Below are positions 37,197 through 46,340 of a stretch of DNA of 64,000 nt, piece after piece. The notes beneath the pieces are model-generated. The model had not been told where the DNA came from and did not search any database. It saw nothing but the letters and a program-made list of their open reading frames with translations. Within the stretch, counting starts at the first letter, position 1. Each line of letters starts with the position of its first letter. Both the position numbers and the translations under genes were made by a program. The DNA comes from an uncultured Alphaproteobacteria bacterium (lineage in GTDB: Bacteria > Pseudomonadota > Alphaproteobacteria > RF32 > CAG-239): positions 85,259-149,258 of the forward strand of contig CAKQMH010000002.1 in assembly GCA_934254915.1 (NCBI GenBank), read 5' to 3'.

Positions 37197-37778
37197 TTAC
37201 TGAAAAACCCAAATTATGGTATTAAACTTTACATTATCGCTGCTTTTGACGTTTTCACTGACACACACGGCCGCTGCCATACTTGCCGTCACTGGCAGTT
37301 TATTTTGCGTATTGGTACTTTTGATACCGTAAGGCGTACTGTTAATAGTCATTGATACTAAATCGGTAGTGCCTCTGTTAAACCAATTTATTTGCGCCAG
37401 ATTCAAACACGCACGATTGCTTAAACTGTCAAATTCAATAGTATAATAATCACCACCGTCTACACATCCGACTTTAACATTTCCACCCAAACGATTATAT
37501 ATTCCGCCGTTGGTATACATTTGTGACGGAACAAGTTTGTTTTGATTAAGCTTATCAGCCGTAATATCGCAAAGTTCACTATAATCTCCGTCAAAAGAAT
37601 AGCGATCTTTTATGCTTTTTTGAATATCACGCACTTCACTCTCAACAGCATAAACTCTAAACGAGGTAAAAAGATTACCGGCAAGCTTAAATGTCGATAT
37701 ACCCAAAGCCGTAATTACGCATAATACGCCTAGCATTTCGACCATAGTTGCTCCACTTTGATTATTTTTATTGCGCAT
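37197..37778 (-). CDS. Type IV prepilin-like protein (class III signal: G|ATMVEM..., Glu at +5)
   Basis: 193 aa. MRNKNNQSG|ATMVEMLGVLCVITALGISTF. Strong aaggag RBS. Confidence 0.55.
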   Translation of the reverse strand: MRNKNNQSGATMVEMLGVLCVITALGISTFKLAGNLFTSFRVYAVESEVRDIQKSIKDRYSFDGDYSELCDITADKLNQNKLVPSQMYTNGGIYNRLGGNVKVGCVDGGDYYTIEFDSLSNRACLNLAQINWFNRGTTDLVSMTINSTPYGIKSTNTQNKLPVTASMAAAVCVSENVKSSDNVKFNTIIWVFQ

Positions 37779-37946
37779 AATCTTTCTCCTTCATAACCAG
37801 AATATCATTAAAAGTTACACTAAACAATAATTTTGTAATATAAATTTACTTCCATTTAAAATTTTATGAGTTATAAGTAATAACTGTATAAGCTTTTGAT
37901 TATAAAAAGCTTGTTTCGAGTTTAATTAGATAAAGGAACTTTGATT

Positions 37947-38480
37947 ATGAAAAGAACTATTGCTGCCCTGATGGTTGCTACTTCTGCAATCGCTTTCTCG
38001 GCTTCAGCTAACGCTTATGATTTCAAACCTTATGCTGGTGTTGATTATACTTTCTCTGATGTTAAAGGTTTAAATCTTAACTCTGCAACCGTTAACGTTG
38101 GTACAAACTACAACAAATACTTTGGTACTGAAGTTTTCTATCAATTTTCTGACTCTGACAAATCTGCTCAGGTTAATGATGCCGAAGTTTCTTTAAGAGG
38201 CTATGGTTTGGACGCTTACGGTTATTTGCCGATGGGTTGTGAACAAAAATTCGCTTTGTTGGGTACTGCCGGTATTGCCAATCTTGATGCCAAAATCAAA
38301 GAAGATGGTTCTGAAAGAAGAAACGACAACGGTTTAGGTTACCGTTTGGGTGCCGGTGCTCAATACACCATTGACGAAAATCTGGCTGTAAGAGCTTTGG
38401 CTCGTTACACTTTCACTGACAAACTTGATAGTGTTGACCACATTATGGAATACACTGCCGGTGTTAGATACAGCTTCTAG
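37947..38480 (+). CDS. Small outer-membrane beta-barrel protein (OmpA/OmpW/Opa-like barrel)
   Basis: Signal peptide ...SASANA|YD, alternating amphipathic strands and a terminal Phe (GVRYSF). Confidence 0.55.
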   Translation: MKRTIAALMVATSAIAFSASANAYDFKPYAGVDYTFSDVKGLNLNSATVNVGTNYNKYFGTEVFYQFSDSDKSAQVNDAEVSLRGYGLDAYGYLPMGCEQKFALLGTAGIANLDAKIKEDGSERRNDNGLGYRLGAGAQYTIDENLAVRALARYTFTDKLDSVDHIMEYTAGVRYSF

Positions 38481-38504
38481 TCTTAAAGACTGCTGCTAAA
38501 ATTA

Positions 38505-38536
38505 AAAGGAAGGTTTTTTAACCTTCCTTTTTTTTA
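38505..38536 (+). terminator. Rho-independent terminator
   Basis: aaggaaggtt-tttt-aaccttcctt followed by ttttttt. Confidence 0.65.
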
Positions 38537-38627
38537 TAAAAAACACTGTATTTAAAATTTTTTATCTGGTCAAAAATCAAACTTCAGATTATATTCTCTC
38601 CAAACATAACTCTTATAGGAAAAACTG

Positions 38628-39107
38628 ATGAAAAAAGTTTATTTTTTATTGTTCGGCCTTGCTCTTATTGTTTCCGCCTGCTCGAAAAATGAAGAACAAT
38701 CAACCGAAAACTCTTCCAAACCTGAGGCTAATGTAACCTTGAATAATGAAGTTTACAGCTTTGACCAGGCAACCTTAAGTGAAGGCTGTTCTTCTGACAG
38801 TGAAATTATCTGCACTATCAATGCCAGTATCAAATGCACTATCAATCCGCAATTCAGCGAATGCGATGCTTATAAAGCTTTTATGCCTAAGTTTGTATTT
38901 ATGGAAGATGAAAGCCTGCAGCGCCCTACTTCGCAGTCTTATAAAATAACCAAAATAAAACCTTTATCTGACGGCAGCGTTGAAGTTTATACCCAAAGTA
39001 CCTGCAATGGTAACTGGTTCGGACTTTGCAACGGCAATATCATTTATGTGATGTCTCATCAGGACAATCACTGGATTGTTAAAGAAATTTATGCTATTGA
39101 AGCTTAA
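38628..39107 (+). CDS. Cys-rich lipoprotein
   Basis: 159 aa. Lipobox LIVSAC. Eight Cys in the mature part. Confidence 0.5.
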   Translation: MKKVYFLLFGLALIVSACSKNEEQSTENSSKPEANVTLNNEVYSFDQATLSEGCSSDSEIICTINASIKCTINPQFSECDAYKAFMPKFVFMEDESLQRPTSQSYKITKIKPLSDGSVEVYTQSTCNGNWFGLCNGNIIYVMSHQDNHWIVKEIYAIEA

Positions 39108-39538
39108 TTTTCCTGTAACGATTTTTCTAAAGCCTTATCAAATTTTTTTGATTTAAACTGTTGATAAGGCTTTTTATTTACCTTAAATCGCGCCGTTGAA
39201 TTCATTTGTGCCAAATCATCATTTAGATTTTGATTATTCGGCAATTGTCCGGTCTGATCTATATGAGCTAAATCATTATTATAATCATCATATTTTTGTT
39301 GATATTCCGGTTGTTCATCGGTTGTTGTTACTCTCTGCCCGTATTCAGGTTTAGCTTCTTTGATAGTTATTTCTTCACCTTCGGTATACCGCGGCATCGG
39401 CAATTTTTCCGGCTGTGATAACTCACTTTCAGGAATAAAAAATTTCGGTTTTTGTAATTTGCGCACATATGGAACATCTGCTGCCGCCACCGTACTGCTG
39501 ATTAAAAACATTGCCGCTGCTAAGCTGTATTTTAACAT
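39104..39538 (-). CDS. Secreted hypothetical protein
   Basis: 144 aa. Signal peptide MLKYSLAAAMFLISSTVAAA. Q/N/D-rich. Confidence 0.4.
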   Translation of the reverse strand: MLKYSLAAAMFLISSTVAAADVPYVRKLQKPKFFIPESELSQPEKLPMPRYTEGEEITIKEAKPEYGQRVTTTDEQPEYQQKYDDYNNDLAHIDQTGQLPNNQNLNDDLAQMNSTARFKVNKKPYQQFKSKKFDKALEKSLQEN

Positions 39539-39586
39539 TTTATCACCGTAACCATAATTTAACCAATCTCACCTATATTACTATAT

Positions 39587-40261
39587 ATGAAAAAACTTTT
39601 TTTTATCTTAACAATAAACGTTTTTAGCTTTTTACATTTTAACTTAGCTAATGCGGTTGATTGTTCCACTCTAAATTCAATTCCGACAATTGAATTAACT
39701 TCGTCTTATGGTCAACTTGAATATAATAACAGCCTGAATAATCTGCAAATAACCAATCTGGCCTCACGATACGGAATTATTGAAAAAGGATTGTTTGCCT
39801 CAGGACTTGCAACCGTAAATGTCAATTGGGAAATAAATGTTAATACCATTGCCAAAGTTCACGGCGACTATGATATTTGCGTTATTCCGACTTCACTAAA
39901 TGTCTTTATCGGTTTCAGCAAACCGACTGTTTACATTTCTCAAGACCTTGTTAAAAACAGTTGCGAATACAATGTCGTACTGCGTCATGAGCAAACTCAT
40001 CAACAAATCAATAAAGTCATACTTGATTATTTTTTACCACAGTTTCAGTCAGCTTTAGAACAAATTGCCGCTACGGTTAAACCGGAACATATAGCACTAT
40101 TAAGTGATATTGATGCCGCCACAACTAAATTAACCACCAAATATAATCAAAAACTGTCGCCCTTGATTGAAGTATTCAAGTTTGAGCTTCTGAATGAACA
40201 AAGTAAATTGGACAATCACTTAAATTATGAATATGAGCAAAACCTCTGCCGCCCTAAATAG
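39587..40261 (+). CDS. Secreted protein with HExxH motif (putative Zn-metallopeptidase-like, DUF922-like)
   Basis: 224 aa. Signal peptide plus VVLRHEQTHQQ. Confidence 0.4.
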   Translation: MKKLFFILTINVFSFLHFNLANAVDCSTLNSIPTIELTSSYGQLEYNNSLNNLQITNLASRYGIIEKGLFASGLATVNVNWEINVNTIAKVHGDYDICVIPTSLNVFIGFSKPTVYISQDLVKNSCEYNVVLRHEQTHQQINKVILDYFLPQFQSALEQIAATVKPEHIALLSDIDAATTKLTTKYNQKLSPLIEVFKFELLNEQSKLDNHLNYEYEQNLCRPK

Positions 40262-40263
40262 CT

Positions 40264-40947
40264 TTATTGCGCCGCTACCTTGTTGGCATCGGCAATAACC
40301 TCATCCAGAAAACTTTCTACGCCTTTATAGGCATAATCAATATAAGTTTTATCCTTGGCCGAATTATTTTTATAATAAATGCGTACGGTCGTCATACCGA
40401 CTTCTTTGGCAAATTCGAGATTTGAATAACTGTCATCAACGAAAATACAATCATTAGGATTGGCTTTAATCTTCTCACAAAAAGCCAAATAAACGTCTTT
40501 ACTTTCGTTTTTCTTAAACACTCCGAAATCTTCAACCGAATAAAAACGGTCTTTGAAGAAGTCATACAAACCGATATGTTTCAAAATTTTTTCTGAAGCA
40601 TAACGATCACTGGCTGTAAAAATATATTGTTCAGCCGGAACTTTTTCGATTCGTTTAATTAAATCTTTGTATGGCGTAATTTTTTCAACCGGTTTTCTTT
40701 TATGATAGGCATAAAACAAATCCGCCGGATTCACTCCGTAATCGCGATAAAAAATTTCTCCACCGTTACGATAAATTGAATAAGATTCTCTGACTTTGTC
40801 TTTAGCTTCAGCCAAATCCATCGGTACACCCAAATCTTCGACCAAAGCTTTGGCCATAGTCGCATCCAATAAATCAGCCCACTCCTGCGTACGCAAATAC
40901 AGAGTATCGTCTAAGTCCCATATCAAAAAATTCTTACCCCAAATCAC
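40264..40947 (-). CDS. HAD-superfamily hydrolase (pyrimidine 5'-nucleotidase-like)
   Basis: 227 aa. Motif I LIWDLDDTLY. Confidence 0.6.
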   Translation of the reverse strand: MIWGKNFLIWDLDDTLYLRTQEWADLLDATMAKALVEDLGVPMDLAEAKDKVRESYSIYRNGGEIFYRDYGVNPADLFYAYHKRKPVEKITPYKDLIKRIEKVPAEQYIFTASDRYASEKILKHIGLYDFFKDRFYSVEDFGVFKKNESKDVYLAFCEKIKANPNDCIFVDDSYSNLEFAKEVGMTTVRIYYKNNSAKDKTYIDYAYKGVESFLDEVIADANKVAAQ

Positions 40948-41034
40948 GGCAAACTCCTTTTATTATCAAACTTAAACAGTTTAACCTAATCTGGCGATTC
41001 GTCAACTTAAATATTATGGTGCTTATTTTGAACC

Positions 41035-41724
41035 CTAATTAGTCCAAAGCGCATTTTTAATTTTCTGTGCTAAAAACTCATTATGCTGCTTAATTTCTTC
41101 CTCACTTAGCGGAAACAATCTTGGCTCACGATAATTTTTTATCTCATTTTTTACATCAGCGGTTTGTGATTTTTTAGCCTTTTTTGCATCTAAAAGCAAA
41201 CTAGGCTCTCTTCCTCCTAACAATTCCAGATAAACTTCGGCCAACAATTGAGCATCAAGCAACGCTCCGTGCAGCGTACGGCTGGTATTGTCAATCTCAA
41301 AACGTTTGCACAACGCATCCAAATTACATCTTGCCCCCGGAAACAAAGCGCGGGCAATTTCCAATGTATCAACAACCCTGTCCCACTTAATTTCCGTTTT
41401 ACCAATCTGCTTAAGTTCATAGTTAACAAAGTTAATATCAAATGATGCATTATGCGCAACTAAGGTCGCATCGCCGATAAAATCCAGCCACTCTTCGGCA
41501 ATTTTATCAAAAGTCGGATAATCTTTCAAAAATTCATATGACAAACCATGAACTTTAAATGCGTCTTCGGGAACTTCTTTTTCAGGGTTTATGTATTGAT
41601 GATACGTTACTCCGGTCGGAACATGGTTTATCAACTCAACTGCGCCGATTTCGACCAATCTTTCACCTTTAGCATATTCAAAACCTGTTGTTTCCGTATC
41701 AAAAACAATTTCTCTAGTCATCAC
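41035..41724 (-). CDS. dnaQ: DNA polymerase III epsilon subunit (3'-5' exonuclease)
   Basis: IVFDTETTGF (Exo I) and VAHNASFDINF (Exo II). Confidence 0.85.
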   Translation of the reverse strand: MMTREIVFDTETTGFEYAKGERLVEIGAVELINHVPTGVTYHQYINPEKEVPEDAFKVHGLSYEFLKDYPTFDKIAEEWLDFIGDATLVAHNASFDINFVNYELKQIGKTEIKWDRVVDTLEIARALFPGARCNLDALCKRFEIDNTSRTLHGALLDAQLLAEVYLELLGGREPSLLLDAKKAKKSQTADVKNEIKNYREPRLFPLSEEEIKQHNEFLAQKIKNALWTN

Positions 41725-42304
41725 TCATTTCCAGTCCGCTTATAATATTGATTAATTCGCTTCTTAATAAATTTTGCGGTTTATCGGTATTTATTACCAC
41801 ATCTGCCAGTTTTACTTTTGCCTTATTATCCATTTGGACATTATTTATTTTATCAAAATCATCAGCTGATACATTATCTCTGAGCATTACTCGTTGCTTT
41901 TGAATTTCATAATCAACATCAGCCACAATTATAAAATCACAAAACATATCCCAATTCATTTCAAACAGCAACGCAACATCAATAAAAAACCAACCCTGAA
42001 CTTTAGCATATTTTCTGATGGTATATTTCATATAATCGCGCAAAAACGGATGCGTAAGACTTTCCAATAATTTGAGCTGCTCTTTATTATTAAAAACAAT
42101 ATTCCGCAACAGACGTTTATTAACCACACCATCTTTAACCGTTTGCGGAAAATGTTCGGCTATGGTTTTAATAAAGCTGCGATTAAAATACATTCTTCGA
42201 ACCCAGGCGTCGACATCAAAAACCGGATACCCCAATTGCCGAACAATTTTTGCCAATGTTGTTTTTCCACATCCGATAGAACCGGTAATAGCCGCAAGTT
42301 TCAT
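41714..42304 (-). CDS. coaE: Dephospho-CoA kinase
   Basis: 196 aa. MKLAAITGSIGCGKTT P-loop. Overlaps the dnaQ start. Confidence 0.85.
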   Translation of the reverse strand: MKLAAITGSIGCGKTTLAKIVRQLGYPVFDVDAWVRRMYFNRSFIKTIAEHFPQTVKDGVVNKRLLRNIVFNNKEQLKLLESLTHPFLRDYMKYTIRKYAKVQGWFFIDVALLFEMNWDMFCDFIIVADVDYEIQKQRVMLRDNVSADDFDKINNVQMDNKAKVKLADVVINTDKPQNLLRSELINIISGLEMSDD

Positions 42305-42533
42305 AAAATTTTCCTTGATTCAAAAGCTTAATATACTTATCAACAAACTGCCCGTTTTCTGTGTATAACTGACCATCTGCTAAAGTTTATAATATTTTAT
42401 CACCGCTTTGTAAAATTTAATCTCTACATTTACACACAGGACTAAAAATTATCCCTGCTTGTGCATATATTAAAATATCAGAAAATTACAATTTTTCTAT
42501 TTACAAATTTAGCTGTCTGATTCTTAAACAAAA

Positions 42534-42548
42534 TTAACAAATGGTTAA
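42534..42548. promoter_or_regulatory. CtrA-type box TTAA-N7-TTAA (TTAACAAATGGTTAA)
   Basis: Exact match to the CtrA half-site spacing consensus. Confidence 0.45.
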
Positions 42549-42567
42549 AATTTGATTCACGCTGTTA

Positions 42568-42582
42568 TTAACAAATTATTAA
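42568..42582. promoter_or_regulatory. CtrA-type box TTAA-N7-TTAA (TTAACAAATTATTAA)
   Basis: Second exact TTAA-N7-TTAA, 34 bp downstream of the first. Confidence 0.45.
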
Positions 42583-42609
42583 CATCTGCACAACTTTGGA
42601 TATAAAAAC

Positions 42610-42627
42610 TTATCAACATGATTCACA
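42610..42627. promoter_or_regulatory. Adjacent DnaA-box-like 9-mers TTATCAACA + TGATTCACA
   Basis: Each has one mismatch to TTATCCACA/TGATCCACA. A further TTATCAACA copy sits at 42337-42345 and a TGATTCACG at 42553-42561. Confidence 0.35.
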
Positions 42628-42806
42628 TGAATATACAATTTACTAATACATTTTAAAATATTTATATGGGCTTGGCAGGATGTGTACAACTTATGAACTG
42701 TTTACCCTGACCATTCATATAACTTTTATTTGACATATTTCAATTAACATAATATAAAAAACCCAATCCTACCTGCTTTAACTATCTATTTCATTATAGG
42801 TTTTTC

Positions 42807-44060
42807 ATGAATTTAAAAGATTTAAAACAAAAATCTCCTACTGAGTTGCTAACTCAGGCGGAAGAATTGGGTATTGAAGATGCTTCTTCAATGCGTGTTC
42901 AGGATTTAATGTTTGCTATCCTTAAAAAAGTTGCCAGTGAAGACAAAACCATTTACGGTGAAGGTACAATTGAGGTTATGCAAGACGGTTTTGGTTTTCT
43001 GCGTTCGGCGCAGTCCAATTATCTTGCCGGTCCTGATGATATTTATGTTTCTCCGGCTCAGGTTAAAAAATTCGGTCTGCGTACCGGTGATACGGTCGAA
43101 GGTGAAATCCGCGCTCCTAAGGATAATGAGCGCTACTTTGCCTTGCTTAAAGTTAATAAGATAAACTTTGAAGATCCTGAAAAATCTAAGTTGCGGGTTA
43201 ATTTTGATAACTTAACTCCGCTATACCCGACCCAAAAACTTGATTTTGATATCATTAACGGTGAAAAAGATTATACTACTCGTGTTATTGACCTTATTTC
43301 GCCGCAGGGAAAAGGACAACGCGGTTTGATTGTTGCTCCGCCGCGTACTGGTAAAACCGTAATGCTGCAAAATATCGCTCATGCGATTGCTACTAATCAT
43401 CCGGAATGTTATTTAATCGTTCTTTTGATTGATGAGCGTCCGGAGGAAGTTACTGATATGACTCGTTCCGTTAAGGGAGAAGTTATATCTTCTACCTTTG
43501 ATGAACCGGCTTCGCGCCATGTTCAGGTTGCCGAAATGGTTATCGAAAAAGCCAAACGTTTGGTTGAAACCAAAAAAGATGTGGTTATCCTGCTCGATTC
43601 CATTACTCGTTTAGGACGTGCTTACAATACGGTAATTCCATCTTCCGGTAAAGTTTTAACCGGTGGTGTTGATGCTAATGCTTTGCAGCGTCCGAAACGT
43701 TTGCTTGGTGCGGCACGTAATGTGGAAGAAGGCGGTTCTTTGACCATTATTGCCACGGCTTTGATTGATACCGGATCGCGTATGGATGAAGTTATTTTTG
43801 AAGAGTTTAAAGGTACCGGTAACTCTGAAATTATTCTTGATCGCAAACTTACGGATAAACGTTTGTTCCCGACGATTGATATTACTCGTTCCGGTACGCG
43901 TAAGGAAGAATTATTGGTTAGTAAAGAACGCTTATCTAAAATGTGGGTTCTGCGTCGTGTTCTTATGCAAATGGGTATGACTGATGGTATGGAGTTCTTG
44001 CTTGATAAGCTGCGTCTGAGTAAAGATAATGATGATTTCTTCAACAATATGAATTCATAA
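42807..44060 (+). CDS. rho: Transcription termination factor Rho
   Basis: 417 aa. N-terminal domain, RNP-like FGFLR and Walker [13 protein letters not shown]. Confidence 0.95.
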   Translation: MNLKDLKQKSPTELLTQAEELGIEDASSMRVQDLMFAILKKVASEDKTIYGEGTIEVMQDGFGFLRSAQSNYLAGPDDIYVSPAQVKKFGLRTGDTVEGEIRAPKDNERYFALLKVNKINFEDPEKSKLRVNFDNLTPLYPTQKLDFDIINGEKDYTTRVIDLISPQGKGQRGLIVAPPRTGKTVMLQNIAHAIATNHPECYLIVLLIDERPEEVTDMTRSVKGEVISSTFDEPASRHVQVAEMVIEKAKRLVETKKDVVILLDSITRLGRAYNTVIPSSGKVLTGGVDANALQRPKRLLGAARNVEEGGSLTIIATALIDTGSRMDEVIFEEFKGTGNSEIILDRKLTDKRLFPTIDITRSGTRKEELLVSKERLSKMWVLRRVLMQMGMTDGMEFLLDKLRLSKDNDDFFNNMNS

Positions 44061-44065
44061 AAATC

Positions 44066-44095
44066 TAAAAGCTCCGTTCATCGGAGCTTTTTTTA
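44066..44095. terminator. Bidirectional intrinsic terminator
   Basis: aaaagctccg-ttca-tcggagctttt followed by ttttt. Confidence 0.65.
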
Positions 44096-44764
44096 TAAAT
44101 TCAACAAATATTGTTTTACTTCCGCCATGTTATAAAAAATCTCGCTTATACCAAGATTTTTAATCTCTTTATTGATATAGTCTTTATTATACAGCTCACT
44201 GCCTAAGAATGCTATAACCTGCATTTTTGCTCTTTTACCGGCCGTCATTCCGGCGATAGAGTCTTCGATCACAATACAGTCTTGTGGTTCATACCCCATG
44301 ACTTCAGCGGCTAATTGGTATAAATCAGGTTCGGGCTTGCCATATTCAACCATATCTGCCGTAAAGACTTTGTCCGTCGGAAAATATTTTTCAATCCCGA
44401 CACAATGGATCTTTTCAGCTGTTTTTGATGCTATACCTCCGGTTGCTATACATTGTTCAAATTGTTTTAATTTGAAAATATCTTCGATTCCGTCGGTCAA
44501 GGCAAAACCTTTTAACATTTTTTGCATATCCCTGGTCATTGCCTCATTCCAAAATTCATCAGAAGTTTTAATCCCTATTTTATCTAACACTTCTTTTTTT
44601 GTTTTATCGCTCATCCCTGCTAAAAAAGATGTTGTTGTTTTAAAATCCCAATCCAGTCCGAATTTTTCGTTTATTAAATCCATACGTGTTTGCAGCCATA
44701 ATTTTTCCGTATCGGCGATTACACCGTCAAAGTCCCAAATAATTAACTTTCGTTTGTGTTCCAT
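44093..44764 (-). CDS. HAD-superfamily hydrolase (beta-phosphoglucomutase-like subfamily IA)
   Basis: LIIWDFDGVIADTE. Confidence 0.6.
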   Translation of the reverse strand: MEHKRKLIIWDFDGVIADTEKLWLQTRMDLINEKFGLDWDFKTTTSFLAGMSDKTKKEVLDKIGIKTSDEFWNEAMTRDMQKMLKGFALTDGIEDIFKLKQFEQCIATGGIASKTAEKIHCVGIEKYFPTDKVFTADMVEYGKPEPDLYQLAAEVMGYEPQDCIVIEDSIAGMTAGKRAKMQVIAFLGSELYNKDYINKEIKNLGISEIFYNMAEVKQYLLNL

Positions 44765-44958
44765 AATAAAATCAACCTCAACTTTAAAAAATTCGAGTCT
44801 GTATAAAGCCCGTAGAAAAGAATTTTAACCATTTTATGATACACTTATTAAAATTGGGTAAAATACCTCCCCTGAGTCAAAAAATCGCGTATTTTAAACC
44901 CTTGCTCAAATTTGTGTTTTGCATTATAAGTTTACAAGGATTAATGAGGATTAAGATA

Positions 44959-46302
44959 ATGGATAATAAAACAATTTATGCTCTGTCTACGGTTTATGGC
45001 AAATCAGGAGTTGCGGTAATTCGTATTTCAGGGACAAACGCGTTAGAAGCTGTTAAGTATATGACTGATTTGTCTGTTGCTGACCTTAAGCCGCGTTATG
45101 CTTATTTTGTTTCGTTGCATCATTCTCTTACTCGCCAAACTATAGATAAATGCCTTTTATTGTATTTTAAGGCGCCTAATTCGTTTACCGGTGAAGATAT
45201 TGTTGAGTTGCAGGTTCATGGTTCTAAAGCCGTAATTAAGGCTTCTATGGACTCTTTATCGCAGCTTAAAGACTTTCGCTTGGCTGAAGCCGGAGAATTT
45301 TCCAAACGTGCCTTTTATAATCAGAAAATGGATTTAACTGAAGCGGAAGGTCTGGCCGATTTGATTGATGCCGAAACTTCCGAACAACAAAAGTATGCTA
45401 TTCGCCAAATGGAGGGCGGACTTAAAAACCTCTACAATGATTGGCGCGAAACTCTGCTTAAAATTTTAGCTCATCTTGAAGCTTATATCGATTTTCCTGA
45501 CGAAGATATACCGCATAGTGTTGTTGATACGATGATGAACGATGTATTTAAACTTCGTAATTCGATTATGGAACATCTGCAAGGTGATAATATTGGTGAG
45601 CGTCTGCGTGAGGGTTTTCGCGTTGTTATTGTCGGACCGCCCAATGCCGGTAAATCAAGCTTATTAAATGCCATAGCCAATCGCGAGGCGGTGATTGTTT
45701 CGGATATTGCCGGCACAACTCGTGATGCGATTGATATACATCTTGATCTTGGCGGCTATCCGATTATTTTTACTGATACGGCCGGTCTGCGCGAGGCCGA
45801 AGAAGAAATTGAGCAAAAAGGCATTGCGCTTGCTTATCGTAAAATTCAAGATGCTGATTTGTTAATATGTTTATTTGATGCTGAAAAAGACTCTGTTCAA
45901 CTGTTTGATAATATTAAAAAATCATTTAAAAACAGTATTTTGACGGTAGCTAATAAAGCTGATAAATTATTACCTGATAAAATTGCTGAATTATCTGCTG
46001 CCGGCTGTCTGGTTATATCAGCAAAACACAAAGACGGAGTAAAAATATTGCTGGATAATATTAAACAGCAAATTTCCGAACGTTTTACTTCCAACTCAAA
46101 TTTACTGATTACACGTCAGCGCTATCGTGATGCCCTAAAGTTATGTTTAGAAAATCTGCAGATGTTCAGTTTTGATAAAGAGATAGAATTGACGGCAGAA
46201 GATATCAGATTGGCCGCCCGTGAATTAGGTAAAATCACCGGACGGATCGAAGTTGATGAAATTCTTGATAAAATTTTCGGAAGTTTTTGTATCGGCAAAT
46301 AA
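44959..46302 (+). CDS. mnmE: tRNA modification GTPase MnmE (TrmE)
   Basis: G-domain GPPNAGKSSLLN, DTAGLRE, NKAD and a C-terminal ...CIGK. Start moved to the ATG at 44959 (RBS gagga); the tracked upstream extension is rejected. Confidence 0.9.
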   Translation: MDNKTIYALSTVYGKSGVAVIRISGTNALEAVKYMTDLSVADLKPRYAYFVSLHHSLTRQTIDKCLLLYFKAPNSFTGEDIVELQVHGSKAVIKASMDSLSQLKDFRLAEAGEFSKRAFYNQKMDLTEAEGLADLIDAETSEQQKYAIRQMEGGLKNLYNDWRETLLKILAHLEAYIDFPDEDIPHSVVDTMMNDVFKLRNSIMEHLQGDNIGERLREGFRVVIVGPPNAGKSSLLNAIANREAVIVSDIAGTTRDAIDIHLDLGGYPIIFTDTAGLREAEEEIEQKGIALAYRKIQDADLLICLFDAEKDSVQLFDNIKKSFKNSILTVANKADKLLPDKIAELSAAGCLVISAKHKDGVKILLDNIKQQISERFTSNSNLLITRQRYRDALKLCLENLQMFSFDKEIELTAEDIRLAARELGKITGRIEVDEILDKIFGSFCIGK

Positions 46303-46340
46303 TATAAATAAGACAATTTTTTATAACGGATATTAATAAG

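Larger units (their letters stand above)
42305..42806. other. Candidate chromosomal replication origin (AT-rich 502-bp divergent intergenic region)
   Basis: Lies at the dnaQ-coaE | rho-mnmE-mnmG-rsmG-parAB junction, where alphaproteobacterial origins are found. Carries two TTAA-N7-TTAA boxes and DnaA-box-like 9-mers. No ORF. Confidence 0.5.

Noticed and set aside
44836-44958. N-terminal extension of mnmE ORF (MIHLLKLGKIPPLSQK...)
   Set aside because: The conserved MnmE N-terminus (MDNKTIYALST...) starts at the ATG at 44959, which has a proper RBS. The upstream in-frame stretch is intergenic.
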